From: Vulcanimicrobiota bacterium
Lineage (GTDB): Bacteria; Vulcanimicrobiota; Vulcanimicrobiia; Vulcanimicrobiales; Vulcanimicrobiaceae
Length of the DNA stretch: 64,000 bases
Direction of reading: 5' to 3'
NCBI GenBank assembly: GCA_963795855.1
Contig: CAWCIZ010000003.1
Span: 352,001-416,000 of the forward strand
In this document: positions 1 through 10,854 of the stretch, in pieces
Layout: every line of letters starts with the position of its first letter
Numbering within the stretch: the first letter of the stretch is position 1
Program-made: the position numbers and the translations under genes
The notes under the pieces: generated by a model
What the model was told of the DNA's origin: nothing
Database searches by the model: none
What the model saw: only the letters and a program-made list of their open reading frames with translations

Positions 1-102
1 ACCGCCCAGTCTCCGGCGGAAAGAAATCTTGCGTCCCGCGCGGCGCGGCGATCTTCGAGGACATGGCGAGGGTGATTGGCGGACAGGGCGGTATGCTACT
101 GC

Positions 103-1812
103 ATGAAGATTCGTCTCGTTGCCGCGGGCGTCGCACTCGCCGCGCTGGTGCTTGCGCCGGTCCTGTCAGCTGCCGTTGCGCCGGCGGGACCTACCTCCGA
201 TCAAGTCGACCGGCTGCTCGCGGGTCGCATCAAGCACGTCTTCATCATCTATCAGGAGAACCGATCGTTCGATTCCGAGTTCGGCACGTTTCCCGGAGCA
301 AACGGGGTCTGGTCGGCACAGGCGCGTGACGGAGGCTTCCGTCAAATCGATCCGGCGACGGGCCAAAGCGTAACGCCGTTTCGGCTGACCGATCCCGACG
401 TCTATTACGAAAGCAACGATCGCGCCGTGCAGTTGAAAGCGTTCGACGGCGGAAAGATGGATGCGTTCGTTTCGGCGCAAGGCAAAGCGGTGCTCGCGTA
501 CCAAAAGGCGGCGACGCCGGCGCAGCAGTTTTCCGTCGGCGCGGAATCCATGTATCACATCGATTGCGCCACCATTCCATACTTATGGGCGTACGCCGAA
601 CGCTTCACGCTCTTCGACGACTTTTATCAGGCATTACGCGCCCCATCGACGCCGAGCAACGTCGAAATCATTGCAGCCCAAAACGGCTTGACCGAGTACG
701 CGCGGCACTCGGGCGAACGGGCACCGGCAGCCGACGATCCCGGCGATCCAATCTTCAGCGATTTGGACCCGGCGTTCGGGCCATACAATCCCGCGCAGCC
801 GCCCAGGCGCAAGCAAATCGATCAGACGTACGCAAACGTGCTGCTGACGATGCAGCGTCACAGCGTTGGAGCCGTCACGCAAGACACGGACGACGTGCGC
901 GAAGACAAGAGCGTCATCGCGAAGCTCGCGGGCGCCGCTATTCCGTGGCGCTGGTATGAAGAAGGGTACGCCGGGGCGCAGCACGTCGGTTTGGTCGCAC
1001 ATCATCTCGCGCCGCAGTATTTCGGATACGTCGTGAAAAACGGATCGATGGCCGGCAACATGCGGGACGTCACCTCATTCTATACCGATCTCGCGCAAGG
1101 GCGGCTTCCCGAGCGCGGTGTTTTCTACGTCAAAGGGGGCTCGCACAATACGCTGGGCCTCAAGCCGGCGAATGCGGATCCGTTCGTACAGACGCACTAC
1201 CTCGGCGATGACGATCATCCGGGATACACCGATTCGCAGATTTCCGAAGCGTTCGTCGCGTCGGCGGTATCGGCAATCGCTCGGAGCAAATATTGGAAGG
1301 ACAGCGCAATCGTCATCACGTGGGACGATCTCGGCGGATTCTGGGATCACGTCGCTCCGCACGATTTCGAGATGTGTCCCGACGGTAATCCGTGCGGCGA
1401 CGGCGCGCGCGTTCCGGCTCTCGTGATTTCGCCATTCGGAAAGAGCGGCGTCGTGGTGCACGATTTCAACGATCAGGACTCGGTGATCAAGTTTGTCGAA
1501 ACGGTGTTCGGTTTGCCGGCGCTTGCAACGCTGCCCGACGAGAAAAAGTATCTGCCTCTGGGCCCGCGCGATTCGAATACGCTGATCTCGAATCTGCGCG
1601 GCGCGTTCGATTACGATCGGCTTTCCGGAAGGAAAGCGCCGCTGTCACCGGCGGCGGCGATCTTTGCGGATGGCACGATTCGCACCATTCCCGCTCCACT
1701 GACGTGCAGCGATATCGGCGTTCAGCCGGTTCCGCCGCCGCCGGGAGTGAGCGATTCGCCGCCGCCCGGGTTCGATCCGCGCCCGTTCGCGCCGACGCCG
1801 CCGACCCACTAG
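103..1812 (+). CDS. Secreted phosphoesterase / phospholipase C (AcpA-like, alkaline phosphatase superfamily)
   Basis: Signal peptide MKIRLVAAGVALAAL..; motifs IKHVFIIYQENRSFDSEFG, APSTP, DDHPG, TWDDLGGFWDHV, GARVPALVISPF. Confidence 0.85.
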   Translation: MKIRLVAAGVALAALVLAPVLSAAVAPAGPTSDQVDRLLAGRIKHVFIIYQENRSFDSEFGTFPGANGVWSAQARDGGFRQIDPATGQSVTPFRLTDPDVYYESNDRAVQLKAFDGGKMDAFVSAQGKAVLAYQKAATPAQQFSVGAESMYHIDCATIPYLWAYAERFTLFDDFYQALRAPSTPSNVEIIAAQNGLTEYARHSGERAPAADDPGDPIFSDLDPAFGPYNPAQPPRRKQIDQTYANVLLTMQRHSVGAVTQDTDDVREDKSVIAKLAGAAIPWRWYEEGYAGAQHVGLVAHHLAPQYFGYVVKNGSMAGNMRDVTSFYTDLAQGRLPERGVFYVKGGSHNTLGLKPANADPFVQTHYLGDDDHPGYTDSQISEAFVASAVSAIARSKYWKDSAIVITWDDLGGFWDHVAPHDFEMCPDGNPCGDGARVPALVISPFGKSGVVVHDFNDQDSVIKFVETVFGLPALATLPDEKKYLPLGPRDSNTLISNLRGAFDYDRLSGRKAPLSPAAAIFADGTIRTIPAPLTCSDIGVQPVPPPPGVSDSPPPGFDPRPFAPTPPTH

Positions 1813-1833
1813 CCGTCACGCCGAACGGCGTGA

Positions 1834-2919
1834 TTGTGCAGCGTGCTCACCGCGCTGCTCGTCACGTCGGCCGCGACGTTGTTCGAAAGCGCGCCGTTCA
1901 TTCTCGCCGCAACGCTGCTCGTCCGGGTGCCGTTGCGGTGGAACGCGCGGATCGACGCGTACCTCGGATGCGGGTGCGGGGCCGGTCCCTCCGCGCGTTC
2001 GCTGCCCGCCGCCGCCGCGACGTGGCTGGTCTTCGGACCGCTCGTTGCCGGCGCGCGGCTTGCCGCGGCATTGCTCGTCGATCGGCTGCACCGCAAGCGC
2101 GCGTCGTGCGATCACCGCAGCGACTCGGCACCGCTCTGCGAGCTCCGGCTGCTGTTGCCGATTGCGGCAATCGGATCGTGCGCCGTGCTGCTGTTGCCGT
2201 TACTTATTTCGTCTAACGCCCCTCCGGCAGCGCTGTTCCTACTCGGCGCCGGCGCAGCTTTTGTGATTGCTCCGTGCGCGCTCGGCACGGTCGGCTTGGC
2301 CGCGACCCTTCGCGCGATGCTGCCGCCCGCGGCCGCGGGCTTCCTGTGCGTCGCCGGAATCGCGGATTTACGCGCTTGGATCGCTCGCCGGGAATCTGCG
2401 CAGAGCCACGACGCCTTCGCGTATGCCGTTGCTGCGCTGGCCTGCGCTATCGTCGCGGGGCGCGGCGGAGACGGCCTGCTGCATCCGCGGCTTGCCGCGG
2501 CCTTGTGGCCGTGCGCGTTCGCGGCGGCTTATTGTGCGGTCCGTTTCCGGGAGCAAAGCTCGCCGAGTTTGCGCATCGCACCGATCGTCATGTTCGCGGG
2601 CGCACTCGCGAGCGCTCCGGTACCGCACTATCACGCGACGGAAACCACGATCGCGGACGCATTCGCCGGCGAGCGCGTGGATTTCACCGGCATGCTGACG
2701 CGTACCGGCCATGCGGCGACGCTCGTTCGATATGCGATTACGTGCTGCCGCGCGGATGCTGCGCCGATCGTCGTGCGTTTACTGCACGCACCTCCGCCGC
2801 ATCTTCGCGGGTGGATGCGCGCGAGCGGCGTTTTGGTTGCGCGCGGCGCCACGCTGCAGCTCCAAACGGCGTCGCTGACCCCCATCGATCCGCCGAACGA
2901 TCCGTTCGTGTACCGCTAG
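1834..2919 (+). CDS. Membrane protein: permease-like (DUF318/YcgR-like) N-terminus fused to TIGR03943/DUF1980-like C-terminal domain
   Basis: Multiple hydrophobic helices, FESAPF and GCGCG motifs, C-terminal RYAITCCRADAAP...PPNDPFVY; start may be GTG at 1843. Confidence 0.6.
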   Translation: MCSVLTALLVTSAATLFESAPFILAATLLVRVPLRWNARIDAYLGCGCGAGPSARSLPAAAATWLVFGPLVAGARLAAALLVDRLHRKRASCDHRSDSAPLCELRLLLPIAAIGSCAVLLLPLLISSNAPPAALFLLGAGAAFVIAPCALGTVGLAATLRAMLPPAAAGFLCVAGIADLRAWIARRESAQSHDAFAYAVAALACAIVAGRGGDGLLHPRLAAALWPCAFAAAYCAVRFREQSSPSLRIAPIVMFAGALASAPVPHYHATETTIADAFAGERVDFTGMLTRTGHAATLVRYAITCCRADAAPIVVRLLHAPPPHLRGWMRASGVLVARGATLQLQTASLTPIDPPNDPFVYR

Positions 2920-3302
2920 GCGCGCGGCTCGAGCAATTCCACCGGTATGCCGTTCGGATCCTCGACGAACGCGATCGCGCGCGAACCACCGGGCGACTTT
3001 TTGACGTCTTTGAGAACCTTCACGCCTTTAGCACGCAATCGCGCGACGTACTCTTCGAGGTCGCCGTCCACCTCGACCGCTAAATGTTCGTAGCGGTTGC
3101 CCAACTCGTACGGCGGATGCTCTTCCAAGTCGTAGACGAGTTCGATGTACGCATTCCAGCTGTCGCCGACGAAGGCCATGTCGGCGTTGCCTGGATAATG
3201 AAACGGACCGTCGAGGAGTTTCATGCCGATCGCTTGGGTGTAGAAATCGATCGACTCTTGCATGTCGTTCACGAAGATCGACGTGTGCAGATACCGCGGC
3301 AT
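2916..3302 (-). CDS. VOC family protein (lactoylglutathione lyase/glyoxalase-like)
   Basis: MPRYLHTSIFVNDMQESIDFY...YEHLAVEV...AFVEDPNGIPVELLE; ATG at 3302. Confidence 0.85.
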   Translation of the reverse strand: MPRYLHTSIFVNDMQESIDFYTQAIGMKLLDGPFHYPGNADMAFVGDSWNAYIELVYDLEEHPPYELGNRYEHLAVEVDGDLEEYVARLRAKGVKVLKDVKKSPGGSRAIAFVEDPNGIPVELLEPRA

Positions 3303-3319
3303 GCTGCCTCTATACCCGG

Positions 3320-4882
3320 CTAGTGCAGGAAATACCGATGCGTTGAGAAGACGAGCGCGACGCCGAGCCGGTCGGCCGCAGCGATCACTTCCGCGTCGCG
3401 CACCGATCCTTGCGGCGCTATGATGGCCGTGCACCCGGCTTGCGCCGCCGTCTCCAAACCGTCCGCGAACGGAAAGAATCCGTCGCTCGCGCACGCGGCT
3501 CCGACCGCGTTTTCGCCGGCGCGGACCGCGGCTATCTTTACAGCGCTTACGCGATTCGTTTGACCCGCGCAGATGCCCCGCGTCGCACCGCCCTTGACCA
3601 AGACGATGCCGTTGCTCTTCACGTGCCGGACGACGTCCCAAGCGAACGCGAGATCGTGCCACTCCTGTGAGGAAGGCTGTCGTTTGCTTACGACGCGCCA
3701 CGTCTCCGGCTTGAACGAACGGTCCTCTTCTTCCGCGAGCACGCCGCCCAGCGCGCTGCGAAGCTGAACCTCGCGCTGCAAATCGTCGGGGAGATCCGGC
3801 GCGTATCGCATTATGCGAAGATTTTTCTTTTTCTTGAGCAGCGCGAGCGCATCGTTCTCGAATTCGGGCGCCGCCACGATCTCTAGAAAGAAGGCCGACA
3901 ATGCCTGAGCCGTCGCGGCATCCACCTTTGAATCCACCGCGATGATCCCGCCGAACGCCGAAACCGGATCCGCTTCGAGCGCGTCGCGTACGGCCTTTTC
4001 GGTGGAGGAACGCTGGGCGACGCCGCACGGCACAGTATGCTTCACGATTGCCGCGCGTACGAAGCGTTCGCGTTCCGAACCGATTTCGGCTCCGAGCGCC
4101 GCGCGCGAGAGCAATCGCAGCGTCGCATCCAAATCGAGCAGATTGTTGTAGGAAAGTGCCTTACCATGGAGTTGTTCGGGCAATTGCTGCGGCCGGCTCA
4201 AATAGAACGCCGCTCGCAGCTGCGGGTTTTCGCCGTAACGCAGCGGCTGCGCGAGCGGCATCGTCAACGTGAGTGCGCCGGGAAGCTCGCTCGGAAGCAC
4301 CTCGCCCTCCGTCGCCAAATAATGCGCGATGGCGGCGTCGTATTCCGCAGTGCGTTCGAACGCAGTGACCGCTAAGCGGCGCCTCGCGCTTTCGTCCAGG
4401 CCGCCGGATTGAAAGGCCTTGAGAAAAGCCGGATATTGCGCCGGGTGGCTTAGTATGGTGACGTTTTTGAAATTCTTCGCCGCCGCGCGAAGCAGGGACA
4501 CGCCGCCGATATCGATCTGTTCGATCGCTTCGGAGAGCGTCGTTCCGGTTTTCGTGACCGTCGCTTCGAACGGGTACAAATTTACGACGATCGTGCGAAG
4601 ATCGTGAATCGCATAAGTGCGCGCCTGCTCGTTGTGCGTCCCGCTGCCGCGGTCGTACAAAATCGCACCGAAAACTTTCGGATGCAGCGTCTTGACGCGC
4701 CCGTCGAAGAGCGGCGGAAAACCCGTCAACTCCTCGACGTCGCGGACATCGATGCGGTTCGAAGCGAGAAAGGCGCGCGTGCCGCCCGTTGCGTAGATCG
4801 TTATTCCGCGCCCGGCGAGCGCTTTTGCGACCTCCGCCGCACCTGTTTTATCCGAAAGTGAGAACAGCGCCGCCTCAGGCAA
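3320..4882 (-). CDS. purH: Bifunctional AICAR transformylase/IMP cyclohydrolase
   Basis: ALFSLSDKTG, GRVKTLHP, IDIGG, LRYGENP, HVKSN, ASDGFFPF, RYFLH; TTG start overlapping smc stop. Confidence 0.95.
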   Translation of the reverse strand: MPEAALFSLSDKTGAAEVAKALAGRGITIYATGGTRAFLASNRIDVRDVEELTGFPPLFDGRVKTLHPKVFGAILYDRGSGTHNEQARTYAIHDLRTIVVNLYPFEATVTKTGTTLSEAIEQIDIGGVSLLRAAAKNFKNVTILSHPAQYPAFLKAFQSGGLDESARRRLAVTAFERTAEYDAAIAHYLATEGEVLPSELPGALTLTMPLAQPLRYGENPQLRAAFYLSRPQQLPEQLHGKALSYNNLLDLDATLRLLSRAALGAEIGSERERFVRAAIVKHTVPCGVAQRSSTEKAVRDALEADPVSAFGGIIAVDSKVDAATAQALSAFFLEIVAAPEFENDALALLKKKKNLRIMRYAPDLPDDLQREVQLRSALGGVLAEEEDRSFKPETWRVVSKRQPSSQEWHDLAFAWDVVRHVKSNGIVLVKGGATRGICAGQTNRVSAVKIAAVRAGENAVGAACASDGFFPFADGLETAAQAGCTAIIAPQGSVRDAEVIAAADRLGVALVFSTHRYFLH

Positions 4883-7800
4883 GCGCGGGCTCCGGTTCCC
4901 GTTCGCGAGCGAGTTCCGCGGAGATGATCGAGCTAATCCCGGCCTCACCCATCGTCACGCCGTACATGCGGTCGGCAAGTTCCATGGTCTGCTTGTTGTG
5001 CGTGACGATGATCATTTGCGATCCGCCGCCGGCCAGCTCGCGAACCATCTTCGAGAAACGCTCGACGTTGGCATCGTCCAGCGCCGCGTCGACCTCGTCC
5101 AGCAGATAGAACGGCGACGGCCGCACTTTGATGAGCGCGAAGATCAGCGCGGCGGCGGTCATTGCACGCTCTCCGCCGGAAAGCGTCGGGAGCGGCATGA
5201 GTTTTTTGCCCGGCGGCTGCACGGAGATTTCGATACCGGTCTCCGAAAGATTCTCCGGGTTGGTTTGCCACATTTTGGCTTGTCCGCCCGGGAACAGCCG
5301 CGCGTACATGTCCGTGAAGGCTTCGGAGACTTGGTTGAACGTTTCGTTGAATTGCATCTGCGTTTGCTGTTCGATCTCGCGAATGGACTGGAGCAGCGTT
5401 TCGCGCGCTTTGGAAAGATCGTCCAGCTGCGCGCGCAAGAACTGCTCGCGCTCCGAAATCTCCTGGCGATCCGTCTCCGCGTTCAAGTTGACGTTCGACA
5501 AGCGTGCGAGATCCTCGCGCAGCCTGGGAAGATCGTCGGCCGCCGCGTCCGGTTCCTCGCTGTAGCGCTGCTCCACGTCGCGGCACTCGTCGTCCGTCGC
5601 GGGATTTTGCGCGAATTGCGAAACCAGCATCCCTGAGCTCCGCTTCGATCTCCGCGAGCCGCGTGCGATGGCGCTCGCCGCCGGCCTGCGCATCGCGTTC
5701 TTCCAGTTCGGCGCTGCGCATGTCCGCTTCCAAGCGCGTCACGGCATCGCCGAGCGCTTCACGTTCGCGACGCGCGCTCTCAAAGGCGGCGTCCGCCTGC
5801 GACACCCGCGCGCGCAGCGACTCCAACTGTTCGGAAGCCCGCTCGAGCTGTTCCCGCAAGCCGGAGATTTCGGCGGCCATGTGTTCGCGCGCGGCGCGGG
5901 CGCGTTCCCGGTCCTGATCGATGATTCCGAGGCGCCCCTTCGCGCCGTCGCGCTCGGCTGTAAGCGCAGCATACCGCTCGCGCAGATCCCCGCCACGCGC
6001 GCTCGCTTGCGCCTGCAGAAACTCCGCCGAAGCGATACGGTGGCGCGCATCCGCAAGATCGTTCTCGAGGCGCAGCCGGTCTTCGTCGCTGCGCGCCTCT
6101 TCGGGTTTCGCGCTTTCCAGATCGCGTTCGCGCTCGCGGGCTTGCGCGGCGGATGCAACCAATTCTTTTAAACCTTTTCGCGCAGCGTCCAACTCGTGCT
6201 GCATGCGTTCGACTTGCGCGGTAACGCCCGCCATTTCGCCGCGCACTTCCGTGAGCGCGACTTCCGCGTGGCGCAAAGCCTGCGCCGCTTCGTCGCGCCG
6301 GGCGACCGCCGCCTGGCCCGCGCGAGTGGTTTCTTGCGCCGCCTTTTCCAAGCGCGCAAGCTGCGCTTGCATTTCTCCCAGTCTGCTCGCGCAGCGTCTG
6401 CGCCTGCACGCGCCGTGACAGAATCGACTTCTCACGCTGATAGCGCCCGCCGGTAATCGCGCCGCCGCCGGTGATTTGTTCCCCTGAAAGGGTAACGATG
6501 GTATCGCGCAAACCGCGGCTGCGCACCAAAAAGATACCCGTCTGCAGCGTATCGACCACCAGCACGTTGCCGACGAGGAACTTCACGATGCTGTCGTAGT
6601 GGGGCTGCGTGCGAATGAGCGTATGCGCGTAGCCGATGACGCCGCGGACGTCGCGCAGATCGGGCGTTAGTTCTTTCCCCGTGCGGTTCTGCAGCGTGTC
6701 GAGCGGCAGGAACGTCGCGCGCCCCGATTCCTTTGCGTTCAAGTAGTCGATGGCGCGTTCCGCGTCTTCGGACGTGCGCGTGATGATGTTCGAGAGCCGT
6801 GCCCCGAACGCGACGTCCATCGCGCGCGCGTATTGTTCGTCAGTGGTGATCAGGTTGGAAACGACGCCGTCGATGCCGCGCATCTCGCCGCGTTTGGCGG
6901 CTTCGATAACGGCCCGTGTTCCGGGGACGTGCCCCTCCATTGAATTCTCGAGCTCTTCTATCGTGTGCAGGCGCGATTGCGCGGCGGCGACTTCGCTCGC
7001 ATATTCCCGATGCGCCGTGATGGCGTGCGAAAGATCGCCCTGCGTCGGCGCCACGCCGCGTTCGGCGTCTTCGAAGCGGCCCCGCGCCTCCACGAGTTGC
7101 GTCTCCAACTGCGCGAGATCCCGTTCGCGTTCTGCAAACTTGTGCGTTGCCGCGCCGCACGCAATCTCGAGTTGTTCGGCGCGCGCGCGCGCGTTTGCCG
7201 CTTCACGCTCCAAACGCTCGGCTTCGGCGCGGGCGTTTTCGCCCTGAACCCGCCGCTCCGCTTTGCGTGCTGCTACGGCCGATGCGGCCGCTTCGACTTC
7301 GCGCAACCGCGTGAAGATCGCATCCAGTTCGCCGCGCGCTCCCGACAGCGCGCTCTGCGCCTGCAACTCGGCCTCACGTGCCGATTCGAGATCTTGGGCG
7401 AGCGGCGCAATGCGCGATTCGAGGTCGGCGACGGCGGCTTCGAGCGTTTCACGCTCGTGCTGCACGCGAGCGGCGTCTTCCGAGGTCTGCGTGCTTTGCG
7501 CTTCCAGCGTTTCACGGCGAGCGAGCGCCGCCGCGTAGTCCGCCTCCAGGCGCGCGAGTTCCGCGCGCAAGGACTGGCTTTGGGTGCGCAATTCTTCGAC
7601 TTGCAGCTCGTGCTTGTACACGCGCGTTCGCGCCTGCGCGAGCTGTGCGCCCAGCGATGCGGCTTTGGCGGCGGCTGCACTGCGTACTTCTTCGTTGCGA
7701 TCGAGCTCGGCTTTGAGCGTCTCGCGTTCGCTGCGGCGCGATGCGCTCGCGCGAATGTACGAAAGAATTTCCAAATCGCGAACGCGTGCGCTCAGTTTGC

Positions 7801-8446
7801 GATACCGCTTGGCACGGCGAACCTGCGTGTCGAGTTCGGGGATCCGCCGTTCCAATTCCGCAATCAAGTCGTTGATGCGGATCGCGTTTTGCTCGGTTTG
7901 CTCCAAGCGCCGCATCGATTCGTTCTTGCGGGCCAAGAATTTGTTGATGCCGGCGGTCTCTTCGAACAACGCGCGGCGGTCCGTGGGTTTGCTAGTGAGA
8001 ATCGAGTCGATTTGGCCCTGAGAAACGATCGAATACGATCCCGGCCCCAAACCCGTGCCCATCAGCAGGTCCAGGATATCGCGCAGACGGCACTGATTGC
8101 GGTTGATGTAGTACTCGATCTCGCCGGCGCGGTACGCGCGACGCGTAATCTCCACTTCGGTGAAGTCGATGGGCAGCCGCCGATCGCTGTTGTCGAACGT
8201 GAGCGATACTTCGGCCAGGCCGAGCGGCTTGCGCTTCTCGTTGCCCGCAAAGATGACGTCTTCCATTTTGCCGGAGCGCAGACTCTTGCTGCTCTGCTCG
8301 CCGAGCACCCAGCGGAACGCGTCGATGAGATTGGACTTGCCGGAACCGTTCGGACCGACGACTGCAGTAATGCCGCCGCCGAACTCCATCGTGGTGGGTT
8401 CCGCGAACGTTTTGAATCCGAACGTTTTGATCTGTTTAAGTTTCAT
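4875..8446 (-). CDS. smc: Chromosome segregation protein SMC (two apparent frameshifts near 6380 and 5630)
   Basis: MKLKQIKTFGFKTFA, Walker A GPNGSGKSN, hinge GRATFLPL, signature LSGGE, Walker B LLDEVDAALD; spread over three ORFs. Confidence 0.93.
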
Positions 8447-8796
8447 TGTAAAAGGCGCTGCGCCCCAGGCTCCGCGCCCCCCGTAAAACGGGGCCCCCAC
8501 GATCTCATGGCGCCTGAGCTCTCGAGTAGCGCAAACTCTCCCCGAGGGCGCCGCGTAGATTGCAATTCGCGATTGTAAAAGGCGCTGCGCCCCAGGCTCC
8601 GCGCCCCCCGTAAACGGGGCCCCCACGATCTCATGGCGCCTGAATGCCGTGCTAGTAGCGCAAACTCTCCCCGAGGGCGCCGCGTAGATTGCAATGCGCG
8701 ATTGTAAAATGCGCTGCGCCCCAGGCTCCGCGCTCCCCGAGGGCGCCGCGTAGATTGCAATGCGCGATTGTAAAAGGCGCTGCGCCCCAGGCTCCG
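8445..8796. repeat. Tandem array of a palindromic GC-rich element (units of 127, 129, 66 bp plus a partial unit)
   Basis: ATTGTAAAA(G/T)GCGCTGCGCCCCAGGCTCCG starts at 8445, 8572, 8701 and 8767; internal hairpin CCCCGT-AA(A)-ACGGGG and palindrome ATTGCAAT. Confidence 0.95.
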
Positions 8797-8804
8797 TAGC
8801 CGTT

Positions 8805-9533
8805 TCATTTGTTCCTGGTTCTCTTGCCGGCATTCGCACGTGGGGCCGCAAGCAAGGTCTCTAAAGCCTTGCTCGCGGCCTCGATTTGTGCTTGTTTCTT
8901 TGACCTGCCGGTTCCTGAACCCAGCACCGTATCCTTGAGGATAACCTGCGAAGTAAATTCGGGGGCCTGCGGCGTCCCGACCGCCTCGTCGCGGTACACC
9001 GGAACTTGACGATAGCGCTCCTGCATCACGTGCTGCAGCCGCGACTTCGAATCGGTGACGGACTCCTCGGATAGATCGACCAGTTGCAGATGCTGTTCGA
9101 CCAAGAAACGGCGCGCTCTGTTCTCGCCGTACCGCAAATGCAGCGCGCCGACGAACGCCTCGAACGCATCGGCGAGAATCGTTTCGTTCTGCGCGCCGCC
9201 GGCGCGGGTCATCCCTTCACCCAGCAGCATGATCTCCGGAAATCCGAGACGCAGCGCCGTCTGGGCAAGCGCGCGATCGTTCACGAGCGCGGCTTTACGC
9301 TGCGTGAGCCACCCTTCGTCTTGGTCCGAGTGATGCTCGTACAGCCACGTTGCCGCGACGAAGCCCAGCACCGAGTCGCCCAAGAACTCCAGCCGTTCGT
9401 TCGAGATCTCGCCCCGTTCGCGTGCCGCGCTTTCGTGCAGAAAAGCCTGCTCGAACAGATCCAAATCGGCCGGCGCAGCGTGCGCTTTTTTTAGCAACGC
9501 GCGCAAGCGGCGGCGGCGCTGTTCTCCCGCCAT
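8805..9533 (-). CDS. rnc: Ribonuclease III
   Basis: NERLEFLGDSVLG signature, ADAFEAFVGAL, C-terminal dsRBD (DSKSRLQH...GRSKKQAQIEAA). Confidence 0.95.
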   Translation of the reverse strand: MAGEQRRRRLRALLKKAHAAPADLDLFEQAFLHESAARERGEISNERLEFLGDSVLGFVAATWLYEHHSDQDEGWLTQRKAALVNDRALAQTALRLGFPEIMLLGEGMTRAGGAQNETILADAFEAFVGALHLRYGENRARRFLVEQHLQLVDLSEESVTDSKSRLQHVMQERYRQVPVYRDEAVGTPQAPEFTSQVILKDTVLGSGTGRSKKQAQIEAASKALETLLAAPRANAGKRTRNK

Positions 9534-9542
9534 AAGACGCCG

Positions 9543-10797
9543 TTAGTCGCGCACCTTGGCGAACACGAGAACGCTGTTGTGGCCGCCGAAGCCGAACGAG
9601 TTCGAGAACGCGACGTTCACGGGCGCTTTGCGCGCGACGTTCGGGACGTAGTCCAGCACGCATTCCGGGTCCGGGCTTTCGTAATTGATCGTGGGCGGCA
9701 TGATGTCGTTTTGCACCGCGAGCACCGTCGCGACGCCTTCGATGCCTCCGGCGGCGCCAAGCGCGTGCCCGTGCATCGATTTCGTCGAACTGACCGCCGC
9801 CTTCACCGCGCCATCGACCCCCAGAACGCGTTCGATCGCTTGCGATTCAGCCGCGTCCCCTTGCGGCGTCGAGGTGCCGTGAGCGTTGATGTAATCCACG
9901 TCGCCGGCTTGAACGCCGCTGATTTCGAGCGCGCGCGCAAGCGCCAGTTCGACACCGCGCGCTTTCGGGATCCGGTGCGACGAGATTGTACGCGTCGGCC
10001 GATTGTCCGTAGCCGATCATCTCGCAATAGATGCGCGCGCCCCGCGCTTTTGCGTGATCGTACTCCTCGAGGACGAGTACGCCCGCGCCTTCGCCGAGCA
10101 CGAAGCCGTCGCGTTCTTTGTCGAACGGGCGGCTCGCGCGAGCCGGATCGTCGTTGCGAGTCGACATCGCTTTCATCGAACAAAACCCGCCAACGGCAAG
10201 AGGCGAAATCGTAGCTTCACTGCCGCCGGTCACCATCATCGGCACCTCTCCGGACGCGACGTAATGATATGCGCTGACGATAGCGTCGTTTCCGCTCGCA
10301 CACGCGCTCGACACGGCGAAAAGCGGGCCGCGCAGACGGAACGCCATAGAGATCTGCGCCGAAGCCGCGTTCGCCATCAGCATCGGAATGAAGAACGGGG
10401 TAACCTTGGACCACGTGCCGTCGCGGTTCGCCTTCTCCGAACTTTGCCAAAACGTCAGAATGCCGCCGATGCCCGTTGCAATGATCGCGCCGGAGCGGTC
10501 GAGCAAGTTTGGTTCCGAGAGATCGAGCCCTGAGTCTTCGATCGCTTCTTTTGCCGCGACCATGGCGAGATGCGAGAAGCGATCCATGCGTTTGGATTCG
10601 CGCTTGCCCAGGAGCGCTTCGGCGTCGAAGTCTTTTACTTCGGCCGCGAAACGCGTCGAGAAGTCCGTCGCGTCGAACGCCGTAATGGGCCCGACGCCGC
10701 TTTCCCCGGCGATGAGCCGGCGCCAGAATTCGTCCTTGGTGTTTCCCAAGGGCGTCACCGCGCCCAGGCCGGTGACGACGACACGTCGCTTGTTCAA
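9543..10797 (-). CDS. fabF: 3-oxoacyl-ACP synthase II (apparent frameshift near 9955)
   Basis: RRVVVTGLGAVTPLG, SACASG, RPFDKERDGFVLGEGAG, YINAHGTST, KSMHGH, NSFGFGGHN. Confidence 0.93.
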
Positions 10798-10854
10798 AAC
10801 GCGGTGAAGTTACGGCGGGTCCGGGCGGTCCCCTCTTGCGAATTACCTTCCCCA

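Noticed and set aside
8445..8796. CRISPR array (30-bp repeat occurring four times)
   Set aside because: The intervening sequences are themselves near-identical and of irregular length (about 97, 99, 36 bp), and no cas genes are in the window.
8447..8851. 135-aa repetitive N-terminal extension of SMC shown in the ORF track
   Set aside because: It is the translated repeat; SMC homology starts at MKLKQIK (ATG 8446).
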